The notes: a model not told the origin generated them from the sequence alone. Counted from the first letter of the stretch, positions 21,214 through 33,615 are shown. The stretch is 64,000 bases of DNA from Thermoanaerobaculia bacterium (GCA_036397015.1 DASWJT010000134.1:13411-77410), one strand, 5' to 3'. Numbers and translations: made by a program.

Positions 21214-21580
21214 CGGCCACCCGCTCTCGCCGCGACCGCCCGCGCCCGAGCCCCTCGAACACCATGGTCATGCCGCCGGCGACGAGGAAGATCGGCCAGG
21301 CGTTGTGCCAGTCGAGCCCGAACAGCTGCCAACTGCCGATCCAGCAGTAGAGGCCGGCGACAAGGATCCAGAATCCGCCGCTGCGCTCGTCGCGGTCGCC
21401 CGGCCACAGCATCTTCACCGCGCCCAATCCGAGCAGGAGGAACGGCCAGTAGCTCCACACTTCGCCCGGAACGTCGTAGCCGAGATTGTCGGCGAGCAGC
21501 AGCGCGCCGAGCCCGAGCAAGAAGGCTCCGATCACCATGCGCCCGGCCGAGCCGCGCCTTTCGTTTCTCTCCGTCGTCAT
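21203..21580 (-). CDS. Small 4-TM membrane protein (LiaI/LiaF-like TM region, DUF5668-like)
   Basis: 125 aa with an ATG preceded by GGGAGGTGA. The hydrophobic repeats resemble the N-terminal half of the next gene. Confidence 0.55.
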   Translation of the reverse strand: MTTERNERRGSAGRMVIGAFLLGLGALLLADNLGYDVPGEVWSYWPFLLLGLGAVKMLWPGDRDERSGGFWILVAGLYCWIGSWQLFGLDWHNAWPIFLVAGGMTMVFEGLGRGRSRRERVADET

Positions 21581-21693
21581 CGTTCACCTCCCGCCGGTCG
21601 ACACGCTTCCGGCGCCGAAGGAGACGATACGGTCCGCCGTCGTCGCTGGCGAGCGGCTTTCGGCGAACGGCGGCCGCCGACCGGCGAGCGGCG

Positions 21694-23622
<1,929 letters not shown>

Positions 23623-23837
23623 GGCGTCTCCTCCGCGGCGGTGGGCCGGACGACGGCGGCGATTCTAAGAACTTTTTTCTGCAACCCCTTGCACTCTGGC
23701 GCGAAATGTTGACAATTACTCTCAACATTCATTTCTCTCCCGCTCGTCGCCCGCGCTCAACTCGCACTCGCGCGGGGAGCGCGGCGAGGGGGAGGGGGCG
23801 GTCGGAGGCACCGCTTTAACGCAAGAGGAGAATCGGA

Positions 23838-24122
23838 ATGGCGAAGAAGAAGGCAAAGAAGAAGGCCACCAAGAAGAAGGCCACCAAGAAGAAGGCCACC
23901 AGAAAGAAGGCCAAGAAGAAGGCCACCAGAAAGAAGGCCAAGAAGAAGGCCACCAGAAAGAAGGCCAAGAAGAAGGCCACCAGAAAGAAGGCCAAGAAGA
24001 AGGCCAAGAAGAAGGCGACCAAGAAAAAGGCCGCCAAGAAGCCCGCCAAGAAGCGCAAGAAGGCGGCCATGAAGAAGATGGCCGCTCCGGCGCCGGCGCC
24101 GGCTCCCCCGCCGATGATGTAG
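23838..24122 (+). CDS. Lysine/alanine-rich histone-H1-like small basic protein
   Basis: 94 aa with ATG preceded by GAGGAG. Composition is almost only K, A, T and R, followed by a PAPAPAPPPMM tail. A strong intrinsic terminator follows. Confidence 0.7.
   Translation: MAKKKAKKKATKKKATKKKATRKKAKKKATRKKAKKKATRKKAKKKATRKKAKKKAKKKATKKKAAKKPAKKRKKAAMKKMAAPAPAPAPPPMM
23895..24002. repeat. Four perfect tandem 27-bp repeats (GCCACCAGAAAGAAGGCCAAGAAGAAG) encoding ATRKKAKKK x4
   Basis: Counted directly: unit starts at 23895, 23922, 23949 and 23976. Flanked by degenerate AAGAAGGCC-type units. Confidence 0.9.
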
Positions 24123-24151
24123 GGCGCGGCGGCCTTCGCGGTCGCTCTCCG

Positions 24152-24194
24152 GGCCCTGGCGCCGCTCGCCCGACGCCAGGGCCGATTCTTTTCC
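24152..24194 (+). terminator. Rho-independent terminator after the H1-like gene
   Basis: 10-bp perfect GC stem GGCCCTGGCG / CGCCAGGGCC with a 12-nt loop, followed by GATTCTTTTCC. Confidence 0.6.
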
Positions 24195-24307
24195 GCTCGA
24201 CCACTCCCGAAGCCCGCCGCGGCTTGGCGAACGCGGCCGCTCGCTGTTCGTATACTTTGCGCCTCGCCGGCCGCGGGAGGCGGCCCGCCGTCGCTTCGGA
24301 GGATTCC

Positions 24308-25279
24308 TTGCGCACCTTCGCCCTCGCCGCTCCGCTCCTCGCCGCCGCCCTGGTCGCGCCCTCGGCGCTCCATGCCGCGCCTCAGAAGATCGAAGTCCGC
24401 ATCGTCGACGGGGCGGCACAGCCGCTCGCCGGCATCACCGTCGAGGTCGCCACCGTCGCGGGCGACGACTACGCCGCCGCCGGGACGAGCAACGAGCTCG
24501 GGATCGCCGCCTTCGAGCTGCCGACGGTCGAACGCGTCTATCGCCTGCGCATCGAGCACCCCGACTACGTCGGCTTCGAGCGGGAGTTCGACTTCGGCGC
24601 CTCGAAGCCGCACCGCGGCGAGGTCGTGCGGCTGGAGGCGACGCTCGCGCCCCTCGGCCCCACCGACCTGTTCAACCGCGCCGTGCGCGCCTACGAGGCG
24701 CGCGACCTGGCCGGCGCCGAGGTCGAGCTCCGCCGCGCCGTCGAGCTCGATCCGGCGTTCGCCAAGGGCTGGACCGTGCTGGCGCTGGTGCTGCTCGAGC
24801 AGCAGCGCCCCGCAGAGGCGCTCGCCGCGGCCGACCGCGCGCTCGCCGTCGCCGCCGGAGACGCCGAGGTGCTGCGGCTGCGCTACGACGCGCTCGTGGC
24901 GCTCGGCCGCCACGACGACGCCGACGCCGCGCTCGACGCGCTCGCCGCGCGCGACGGCTCGGCCGAGCTCGGCCGCGTGCTCTTCAACGCCGGCGCCACC
25001 GCCGCCAACAGCGACCGGCCCGAGCGCGCCCGCCGCCGTCTGGGCGAGGCGCTGGCGCGCGACCCTTCGCTGTGGCAGGTGCACGGCGCGCTCGCCGAGC
25101 TCGAGATCCGCGAGCGGCGCCTCGAAAGCGCCCTCGCCGAGCTCGACAAGGCGCTCGCCCTGGAGCCGCGCCAGGTGCGCGTGTGGGAGCGCAAGCTCGA
25201 GGTGCTGCGCGCGCTCGGCCGCGCCGACGAGGCCGCCGCCGTGGAGAGCCGCCTGGCCGAGCTGCGCGCCGAGGGCTGA
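24308..25279 (+). CDS. Secreted TPR-repeat protein with N-terminal carboxypeptidase-regulatory-like beta domain
   Basis: TTG at 24308 after GGAGGA gives a signal peptide (LRTFALAAPLLAAALVAPSALHA). TPR-like AxxxLxxAlxLdP repeats follow. The in-frame track ORF starts at 24224, so the start is uncertain. Confidence 0.65.
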   Translation: MRTFALAAPLLAAALVAPSALHAAPQKIEVRIVDGAAQPLAGITVEVATVAGDDYAAAGTSNELGIAAFELPTVERVYRLRIEHPDYVGFEREFDFGASKPHRGEVVRLEATLAPLGPTDLFNRAVRAYEARDLAGAEVELRRAVELDPAFAKGWTVLALVLLEQQRPAEALAAADRALAVAAGDAEVLRLRYDALVALGRHDDADAALDALAARDGSAELGRVLFNAGATAANSDRPERARRRLGEALARDPSLWQVHGALAELEIRERRLESALAELDKALALEPRQVRVWERKLEVLRALGRADEAAAVESRLAELRAEG

Positions 25280-25301
25280 CCGGCGAAGTCGCCGCGCCGC
25301 G

Positions 25302-25940
25302 ATGCCGCTCGCTCCTGCCGATCGCCTGCCCACGGCGCTGCTCGTCACCGTCATCGCCGCGACCGCGCTCTCCGGCGTGCGCCCCCACGACCGTCTGACC
25401 TGGCTGCTCGAGGTGGCGCCGATCCTCGTCGCCGTGCCGCTGCTCGTCGCCACACGGCGTCGCTTCCCGTTGACCACCCTCGCCTACGTTCTCGTCGCCC
25501 TGCACGCCCTCGTCCTCGCCGCCGGCGGTCACTACACCTACGCTCGCGTGCCGCTCGGCTCTTGGGCGCAGGAGGCTTTCGGCCTCGCCCGCAATCACTA
25601 CGACCGCCTGGGCCACCTCGTTCAGGGCTTCGTGCCGGCGATCGTGGCGCGCGAGCTGTTGCTCCGCACTTCGCCGCTGCGCCGCGGCGGCTGGCTCAAT
25701 TTCCTCGTCTTCGCGGCCTGCCTGGCGATCTCGGCGCTCTACGAGCTCGTCGAGTGGGCGGCGGCGCTCGCTTCGGCCGAGGCGGCGACGGCGTTTCTCG
25801 GCACCCAGGGGGACGTCTGGGACACGCAGTGGGACATTTTCCTCGCCGCCGTCGGCGCGCTCGCCGCCCTTCTTCTCCTCGCCGGCGCGCACGATCGCGC
25901 CCTGCGCCGACTCGCCGCCGCCGGGGCTCCCGCGTCATGA
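25302..25940 (+). CDS. DUF2238 (YjdF-like) inner-membrane protein
   Basis: 212 aa from the ATG at 25302, with 6-7 hydrophobic helices and the motifs NHYDRLGHLVQGF and YELVEW. Only the tail of the 522-aa track ORF is coding. Confidence 0.65.
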   Translation: MPLAPADRLPTALLVTVIAATALSGVRPHDRLTWLLEVAPILVAVPLLVATRRRFPLTTLAYVLVALHALVLAAGGHYTYARVPLGSWAQEAFGLARNHYDRLGHLVQGFVPAIVARELLLRTSPLRRGGWLNFLVFAACLAISALYELVEWAAALASAEAATAFLGTQGDVWDTQWDIFLAAVGALAALLLLAGAHDRALRRLAAAGAPAS

Positions 25941-26425
25941 CCTCACTCGTCGCGCTCGCCGATTCGTACCTCGTGCAATATCTCGAGAAGATCGAGCTCG
26001 CCACCGCAGCGCTTCCCGACGCCGCGCTGTGGTGGCGCGCCAACGAGCGCTCGAACTCGATCGCCAACCTCGTTCTCCACCTGCGCGGCAACCTCTCGCT
26101 GTGGATCCTCGCCGGCCTCGGCGGCGAGCCGTTCGACCGCCATCGCGCCGCCGAGTTCGCGGCCCGTGACGACACGCCGCGCGACGAGCTCCTCGCGGCG
26201 CTGGCCGCGACCGTCGCACGCTGCCGTGCCGTCCTCGCTCGGCTCGCGGCCGACGAGCTCGACCGCGAGCGGCGCATCCAGGGCTACGCCGTCGACGGCT
26301 GGGCGGCGCTCTTGCACGCCGTCGAGCACATGAGCTACCACACCGGCCAGATCGTGCTGCTCGCCAAGCAGCTGCTGCCGCCGGAAGTCGAGCTCGAGTT
26401 CTATCCGCAGCACCGCGACGAGTAG
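25937..26425 (+). CDS. DinB-superfamily (DUF1572-like) protein
   Basis: 162 aa with ATG overlapping the upstream stop (ATGA). A four-helix DinB-like pattern with His residues (LVLHLRGN, HAVEHMSYHTGQI). Confidence 0.7.
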   Translation: MTSLVALADSYLVQYLEKIELATAALPDAALWWRANERSNSIANLVLHLRGNLSLWILAGLGGEPFDRHRAAEFAARDDTPRDELLAALAATVARCRAVLARLAADELDRERRIQGYAVDGWAALLHAVEHMSYHTGQIVLLAKQLLPPEVELEFYPQHRDE

Positions 26426-26490
26426 CCGCGCGCAGCTTCGCCGCGCGCCGGCGCCGGCGCTGCGCGCGGGTTAGACTGATCGCAGCCGAG

Positions 26491-28998
26491 ATGAAACGCG
26501 AGGATCCGCCCGTCCGCGACCTGCCCGCACCGCCCATCGGCGGCGCAGCGGGGGTCGAACGGCTCGCCGTCGACGACCTCGACTCGAGCTTCGCGTGGCT
26601 GCAGACGGTGGCGGCGTCGACCGTCATCGGCATCTTCGTGCACGACTTCGAGCGCCTCATCTGGGTCAATCCGGCGGTCGAATGGATCACCGGCTACGAC
26701 CGCGACGAGCTCCTCGCCATGGCGCCGCTCGACATCGTCGACCCGGCGGCGCGCAGCTACCTCGCCGAACGCATGCGCGATCGCCAAGTGCGGCAGGACA
26801 ACGCGCCGCGGCGCTACGAGGTCAAGGTCCTGCGCAAGGACGGCAGCGCCCGCTGGACCGAGGCCTCGCTCAGCACCATCCTGCACCGCGGCCGCCTGGC
26901 CGGCCTGGGCGTCGTCTTCGACGTCACCGAGCGGCGCGACGCCGAGCGCGCCCTGCGCGAGAGCGAGGAGCGCCTACAGCTGGCGCAACAGGCCGGCGAA
27001 ATCGTGGTCTGGGACTGGGATCTCGTCGCCGACCGCGTGCACTTCTCACCCAACGCGCGCGAGCTGCTGCGGGTGGCGACGTGGGAGAGCGCCGCGAGCC
27101 GCGAGTTCTTCGCCCACGTCCATCCCCAGGATCAGCCGCGCCTGCAGGCGGCGCTCGACGCCACGCTGGTCGACGATCGCGACTACTTCTTCGAGCACCG
27201 GCTGCTGCTGCCGAACGGCCAGACGCGTTGGCTCGCCCAGCGCGGACGCGTCGTGCGCGACGCCGCCGCCCGGCCCACTCGCCTGCTCGGCGTGGCGCTC
27301 GACATCACCAGCCGCAAGCTCGCCGAAGAGGCGCTCTTCCAGGAGAAGGAGCGCGCTCAGGTGACTCTGGCCTCGATCGGCGACGGCGTCATCCGCACCG
27401 ACGCCCGCGGCATGATCGAGTTCATGAACCCGGCCGCCGAGCGGCTCACCGGCTGGCCCATCCACGAGGCTTACGGGCGCCACCTCCGCGACGTCTTCAA
27501 GGTCGTCGATCCCGAGACCCACACGTCGCTGCTCGACCCGGTGACGCGCTGTCTGGCGGAGGGGCGCTTCGTCGAGTTCCCGGGCGAGCGCGTGCTCGAG
27601 CCGCGCACCGGCCACTCGATCGCGGTCTCCGACTCGGCCTCGCCGATCTTCAATCGCCAGGGTCGCACCATCGGCGCCGTGCTCGCCTTCAAGGACGTCT
27701 CCGAGTTGCGCACGATGGAGCGCGAGCGCAGCTTCCTCGCCACCCACGATCCGCTGACCGGCCTGCTCAACCGGCGCAGCTTCGGCGTCGAGGTCGACCG
27801 CGCCGTCGAGGCGGCGCGCGCGCAGCACCGCACGCACGCGCTGCTCATCGCCGAGCTCGATCCCTACCAGCTGCTGCTCGACACCTGCGGGCACTTCGCC
27901 GGCGACGAGGCGCTCAAGCACTTCGCCGAGCGTCTGCAGTCGCGCCTGCCGCCGGGAACGCTGCTCGCCCGCGTCGGCACCAGCGAGCTCGGCGCGCTCC
28001 TGCTCGACACCACTCCGGCGCACGCTCTCGAGCAGGCGCGCGAGTTCCGCGCCGCGCTCGCCGCCGCCGGTTTCTCGTGGCAAGGCAGGACCTACGAGCT
28101 CACCGCCTCGGTCGGGCTCGCCGCCGTCGGTGCCGACACGGTCGACGGCACCGCGGCGCTCGCCGCCGCCGACGCCGCCCGCTTCGCCGCGCGCCAGCAC
28201 GGCGGCAACCGTCTGCACGAATACCGCCCCGGCGACGACGCCATCGCGCGGCGCATGGGCGAGCTGCAGTGGGCACAGGAGATCCGCCGCGCGCTCGAGG
28301 GCGGCCGCTTCCGCCTCTATGCCCAGCAAATCGTGCCGCTGCACGCCGCTTGCGAGGGCGAGCCGATGGCCGAGATCTTCCTGCGCATGGTGTCGGAGGC
28401 CGGCGATCCCGTGCCCACGGCCGCCTTCATCGCCGCCGCCGAGCGCTACGGCCTGATCGCGAACCTCGACCGCTGGGTGATGACCGCGGGACTGCGCGCC
28501 ATCGCCGCCGCGAGCGGGCCGACCTACACGCTCAACGTCTCTGGCCAGTCGCTCGGCGACGACGGCTTCCTCGAGCACGTGCTCGCCGCCGTCGAGGCGA
28601 GCGGAGTCGACCCGCGTCGCGTCTGCTTCGAGATCACCGAGACGGCCGCCATCGCCAATCTCTCGAGCGCCTTGCGCTTCATCTCGGCGCTGCGCGCGCT
28701 GGGCTGCCGCTTCGTTCTCGACGACTTCGGGTCCGGCTTCTCGTCGTTCGCCTACCTGAAGAACCTGCCCGTCGACTTCCTCAAGATCGACGCCTCGTTC
28801 ACCCACCAGTTGCCGCAGGACCGCGTGCAGCGCGCTCTCGTCGAGTCGATCCTGCAGATCGCGCGGGTGCTGGGAATGAAGACGATCGCCGAGGGCATCG
28901 AGGACGAGGCGACTCTCGCGCAGCTACGCGAGCTGGGCGTCGACTACGGCCAGGGCTTCGTCCTCCACCGGCCCTCGCCGCTCGCCGGCGCCGATTGA
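26491..28998 (+). CDS. PAS-PAS-PAS - degenerate GGDEF - EAL c-di-GMP phosphodiesterase
   Basis: 835 aa. The GGDEF position reads GTSEL. The EAL domain retains EIFLR, N, EITE, DDFGSG, KID, EGIE and GQG. Confidence 0.85.
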   Translation: MKREDPPVRDLPAPPIGGAAGVERLAVDDLDSSFAWLQTVAASTVIGIFVHDFERLIWVNPAVEWITGYDRDELLAMAPLDIVDPAARSYLAERMRDRQVRQDNAPRRYEVKVLRKDGSARWTEASLSTILHRGRLAGLGVVFDVTERRDAERALRESEERLQLAQQAGEIVVWDWDLVADRVHFSPNARELLRVATWESAASREFFAHVHPQDQPRLQAALDATLVDDRDYFFEHRLLLPNGQTRWLAQRGRVVRDAAARPTRLLGVALDITSRKLAEEALFQEKERAQVTLASIGDGVIRTDARGMIEFMNPAAERLTGWPIHEAYGRHLRDVFKVVDPETHTSLLDPVTRCLAEGRFVEFPGERVLEPRTGHSIAVSDSASPIFNRQGRTIGAVLAFKDVSELRTMERERSFLATHDPLTGLLNRRSFGVEVDRAVEAARAQHRTHALLIAELDPYQLLLDTCGHFAGDEALKHFAERLQSRLPPGTLLARVGTSELGALLLDTTPAHALEQAREFRAALAAAGFSWQGRTYELTASVGLAAVGADTVDGTAALAAADAARFAARQHGGNRLHEYRPGDDAIARRMGELQWAQEIRRALEGGRFRLYAQQIVPLHAACEGEPMAEIFLRMVSEAGDPVPTAAFIAAAERYGLIANLDRWVMTAGLRAIAAASGPTYTLNVSGQSLGDDGFLEHVLAAVEASGVDPRRVCFEITETAAIANLSSALRFISALRALGCRFVLDDFGSGFSSFAYLKNLPVDFLKIDASFTHQLPQDRVQRALVESILQIARVLGMKTIAEGIEDEATLAQLRELGVDYGQGFVLHRPSPLAGAD

Positions 28999-29007
28999 CG
29001 GCCGCGC

Positions 29008-31998
29008 TCAGCCCGCCGTCGCGGCTTGCGGCTTGAGCACCACGCCGGTGCCCCGGCGGCCGTCCATCTCGACGACGAGCGGTGCGGCGAAGCGCAGGTG
29101 GCGCACGGCGCCCCGCTCGCTCGCCGCCGGCTGCGCCGCCAGCCACTGCCAGTCGACGAAACCGTCCTCGCTCTGCTCGCCGATGGTGAAGTAGCCGACC
29201 TCGAAAGCCGTCAGGTTCTGGAAGAAGTGGCTGCCCTGCGACGGCGTCACCGCCGCGTCGCGCAGGCCGGCTTCGACGATGACGCGGGCGCCGGCGACTT
29301 GATCCCAGTTCACCGGGATGCCGAGCCAGGGATCGCGCGAGCCCCAGCGACCGACGCCGACGAGCAGGTACGGCCGCTGCTCGGCGAGGAGCCGGCCGTT
29401 CAGGCGCGCGACCTCGGCGGCGACCTCGCGGCTCGCGGTGCGGTCGAAGCGATGGAAATCGACGTAGACGAGATCGCGCAGGCCGTCGAGACGCCCGTTG
29501 CCGAGCACGCGGGCGCTACGGCAGACGACGTCGCCGTCGTCGACGGCGCCGAGCTCCATCGTCTCGCGGGCGCTCGACATCGCCAGCGGCCGCATCTGCA
29601 CGATGCCGAGCTCGGCGCGGCCGGCGCCGAGGTCGACCGCGAACTCGATCTCCACTGCCGTCCCCATGCCGCGCGCCCCCTCGGCCTGGATCGCGGCGAG
29701 GATCTCGCCGAGCGGCAGCAGGCCGTGCTTGAGGATGGGCGCGAAGGTGACGACGGGCGTGCCGGGACGCCCCGTGCCGTCCGAAATCGCGTCGTTCTCG
29801 TGCGAGTAGGTGGATCCCACCGCCGCCAGCACCCCATCGCGCTCCGCCACCTCGAGACCGTAGTGCGCCTCGCGCATCGTCTCGTGCCCGCCGCCCGGCG
29901 AGGTGGGCAGCGCCCAGAATTCTCGTTGCGTCGAGGCGAGCGCCTCGCGCGCCGAAGCGAGCTGCGGCACGTGCTGCGGATAGCGCGGGCAGAAGCGCAA
30001 GCAAGCGCCGCCCTCCGCAATCGTCCTACCGAGACCGAGCGCCACCGCCGCGATGCCGTCCTCGGCGCGCATCGGGCCCGCGGGGTAGAAGTTGTGCGAG
30101 CGCGCCACGCCGGAGAAAGTCGGATAGAAGCGCTCGCCGTGCGGCGAGCCGACGATGCGCTGCAGGATCACCGCCATCTTCTCCTCCTCGAGCCGGTAGG
30201 TCGTCGCACTCAAGTAGGCCTTGGCGGCGCGCGCGAAGGTCGAGGCATAGACCGCCTTGACGGCGGCGAGAGCTTGCGCCAGTCGCCGCTCGCTGCCGGG
30301 ATCGTCGTTGGGCAGCATGAGCGTGTCGTAGACGCCGGTGAACGGCTGATGCTGCGAATCCTCGAGCAGCGACGAGGAGCGCACGGCGAGCGGAAAGCGG
30401 GCGTGTTCGAGGAAGGCGGCGAGGTCGAGCTCGGCCTGGCGCGGAAAGCTCGCCGCACCGAAGCGACGAGCGAGCTCGTCGTCGTCCTCGCACTCGATGG
30501 CGAACCGCCGCAGGCCGTTCTCGGCCAGGAAGCGGTCGAAGACGTCGGTGCCGAGCACCACCGCCGGCGGCACCGCGACCTCGACGCCCGGCCACCGGCG
30601 CCGCAAGCCACTCTCGGTGATCAGGCGCCGCACGAACGCCAGCCCGCGCGCCTTGCCGCCGAGCGAGCCGCCGCCGATGCGGTAGAAATCGCTCGTGAAG
30701 TCGAAGGCAGCGCGATCGAAATCGGCGACCAGGCCCCTGCCCTGCTCCTCGCGGTGGGCCGCGATCGCCTGCACCAGATGCGCGCGCAGGGCGTCGACCG
30801 ACGCGTACTCGTCCGGCCGGCGGGGGCGCAGCGCGTGCGCGACGGAGAACGCGGTTCGTGCCTTCAGCCAGCGCGAGAAATGGTTGCGCGTGGCGTGATA
30901 GAGCACCGCTTCGTCGGGCACCGTGTGCAGCTTCGCCTCCAGCTGCCGGAGGTCGGCGGCGCGGTCGATCTCGGTGCCGTCCGGGCGCCGGAAGACGAAG
31001 TCGCCGAAGCCGAAATCCTCGAGCATGACGCGGCTGAGCTCGTCGAGCAGGAGCGGCGAGCCCTTGAGCAGGAAGCGCGTGCCGAGCTCGCGCGCCAGCG
31101 CCTCGTTCTCGGGCTGCGACGAGTGCAAGATGATCGGGATGTCCGGATAGCTCGCGCGCACCTGGCGCGCGAGCTCGGCGCCGGCGGTCGCCGACTTGAC
31201 GCCGCCGCGCGGGAACTCGACGTCGGAGACGATGCCGAGCACGTCGTCCGCGTACTCGTCGAACGCCGCACGCGCCTCCTCGTAGGTCGTGCACAGCAGG
31301 ATCTTGGGACGCGCCCGCATGTGCAGGATCTTCTGCGACAGGTTGAGCCCCTCGACGATGACGCGCTGCGAGTGCTGGAAGAGCTCCGTGTACATGGCGG
31401 GCAGGAAGGAGCTGTACTGCCGCGGCGTGTCCTCGACCAGCAGGATCACCTGCACGCCGACACCGTGGCTGTCGTGCGCGACGTTCCTGCGGTCCTCGAC
31501 CGACTTGACGATCGCCACCAGGATGCGGGTGTCGCCCTGCCAGACGAAGGCGCGCTCGAGGCCGTCGAGGCCGTAGCGGGCGACGAAGTCCTCGAGCTCG
31601 CGGCTGTCGCGGGCGAGCAGCACGACAGGCACGTCGAGGCCGGCGCGCCGCGTGGCGGCCGCCAGCTCGACGGCGTTCATGTCGGCGAGATAGGGGGTGG
31701 TGACGAGCAGGTTGAAGCGGCGCTGTCGTTCGGCGAGATCGATCGCCTCGGCGCCGGTCGCCACCGCGGTCAGGCCGGGCGCGTAGTGCAGGTCCAGATT
31801 GCGGAACTCGCCGAGCATGCGCTCGGAGAGCTCGCCCGCCTCCTCGAGCACGAAAGCGTCGTAGGGCGTCGCCACCAGCAGGATGTCCAGGATGCGGAAA
31901 CGCATCAAGTCCTGGAACTCCTGGAAGCGCGGGCGGCGGCGCGGCGCGTGCTCGGACATGGCGGCGGACAGGCGGCGGTGCGTCGCCGAAGCTAGCAC
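29008..31998 (-). CDS. Two receiver-like domains fused to a PEP/pyruvate-binding (PPDK_N, ATP-grasp) domain and an uncharacterised C-terminal domain
   Basis: 996 aa. REC-like ILLVATPYDAFVLEE and ILLVEDTPRQYS...VSDVEFP. PPDK_N-like IGGGSLGGKARGLAF...RSSSLLEDS. The C-terminus has GRWGSRDPWLGIP...PSQGSHFFQN. The alternative start at M14 is 31959. Confidence 0.75.
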   Translation of the reverse strand: MLASATHRRLSAAMSEHAPRRRPRFQEFQDLMRFRILDILLVATPYDAFVLEEAGELSERMLGEFRNLDLHYAPGLTAVATGAEAIDLAERQRRFNLLVTTPYLADMNAVELAAATRRAGLDVPVVLLARDSRELEDFVARYGLDGLERAFVWQGDTRILVAIVKSVEDRRNVAHDSHGVGVQVILLVEDTPRQYSSFLPAMYTELFQHSQRVIVEGLNLSQKILHMRARPKILLCTTYEEARAAFDEYADDVLGIVSDVEFPRGGVKSATAGAELARQVRASYPDIPIILHSSQPENEALARELGTRFLLKGSPLLLDELSRVMLEDFGFGDFVFRRPDGTEIDRAADLRQLEAKLHTVPDEAVLYHATRNHFSRWLKARTAFSVAHALRPRRPDEYASVDALRAHLVQAIAAHREEQGRGLVADFDRAAFDFTSDFYRIGGGSLGGKARGLAFVRRLITESGLRRRWPGVEVAVPPAVVLGTDVFDRFLAENGLRRFAIECEDDDELARRFGAASFPRQAELDLAAFLEHARFPLAVRSSSLLEDSQHQPFTGVYDTLMLPNDDPGSERRLAQALAAVKAVYASTFARAAKAYLSATTYRLEEEKMAVILQRIVGSPHGERFYPTFSGVARSHNFYPAGPMRAEDGIAAVALGLGRTIAEGGACLRFCPRYPQHVPQLASAREALASTQREFWALPTSPGGGHETMREAHYGLEVAERDGVLAAVGSTYSHENDAISDGTGRPGTPVVTFAPILKHGLLPLGEILAAIQAEGARGMGTAVEIEFAVDLGAGRAELGIVQMRPLAMSSARETMELGAVDDGDVVCRSARVLGNGRLDGLRDLVYVDFHRFDRTASREVAAEVARLNGRLLAEQRPYLLVGVGRWGSRDPWLGIPVNWDQVAGARVIVEAGLRDAAVTPSQGSHFFQNLTAFEVGYFTIGEQSEDGFVDWQWLAAQPAASERGAVRHLRFAAPLVVEMDGRRGTGVVLKPQAATAG

Positions 31999-32052
31999 GG
32001 CGCCGCCCGGCGCCGAGCGCCGGACAGCGCGGGCGGGAGACTCAGGCGCGGC

Positions 32053-33615
<1,563 letters not shown>

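Noticed and set aside
23895-24002. Tandem repeats considered as a possible CRISPR array or minisatellite
   Set aside because: The units are contiguous with no spacers, their length is a multiple of 3, and they lie in frame inside an ORF. This is a coding repeat, not a CRISPR array.
23722-24419. Minus-strand ORFs opposite the H1-like gene with striking WPSSWPSF / GGLLLGLLSG repeats
   Set aside because: They are the mirror image of the 27-bp lysine-codon repeat. They have no SD or terminator on that strand, whereas the plus-strand gene has both.
24372-25301. Long 5' portions of composite track ORFs (24372-25940, 25562-26425, 45175-48915, 50621-51718, 35952-37328, 55291-56205)
   Set aside because: Only the 3' parts, after an internal start with sensible context, show family motifs. 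The 5' parts overlap better-supported genes in other frames.
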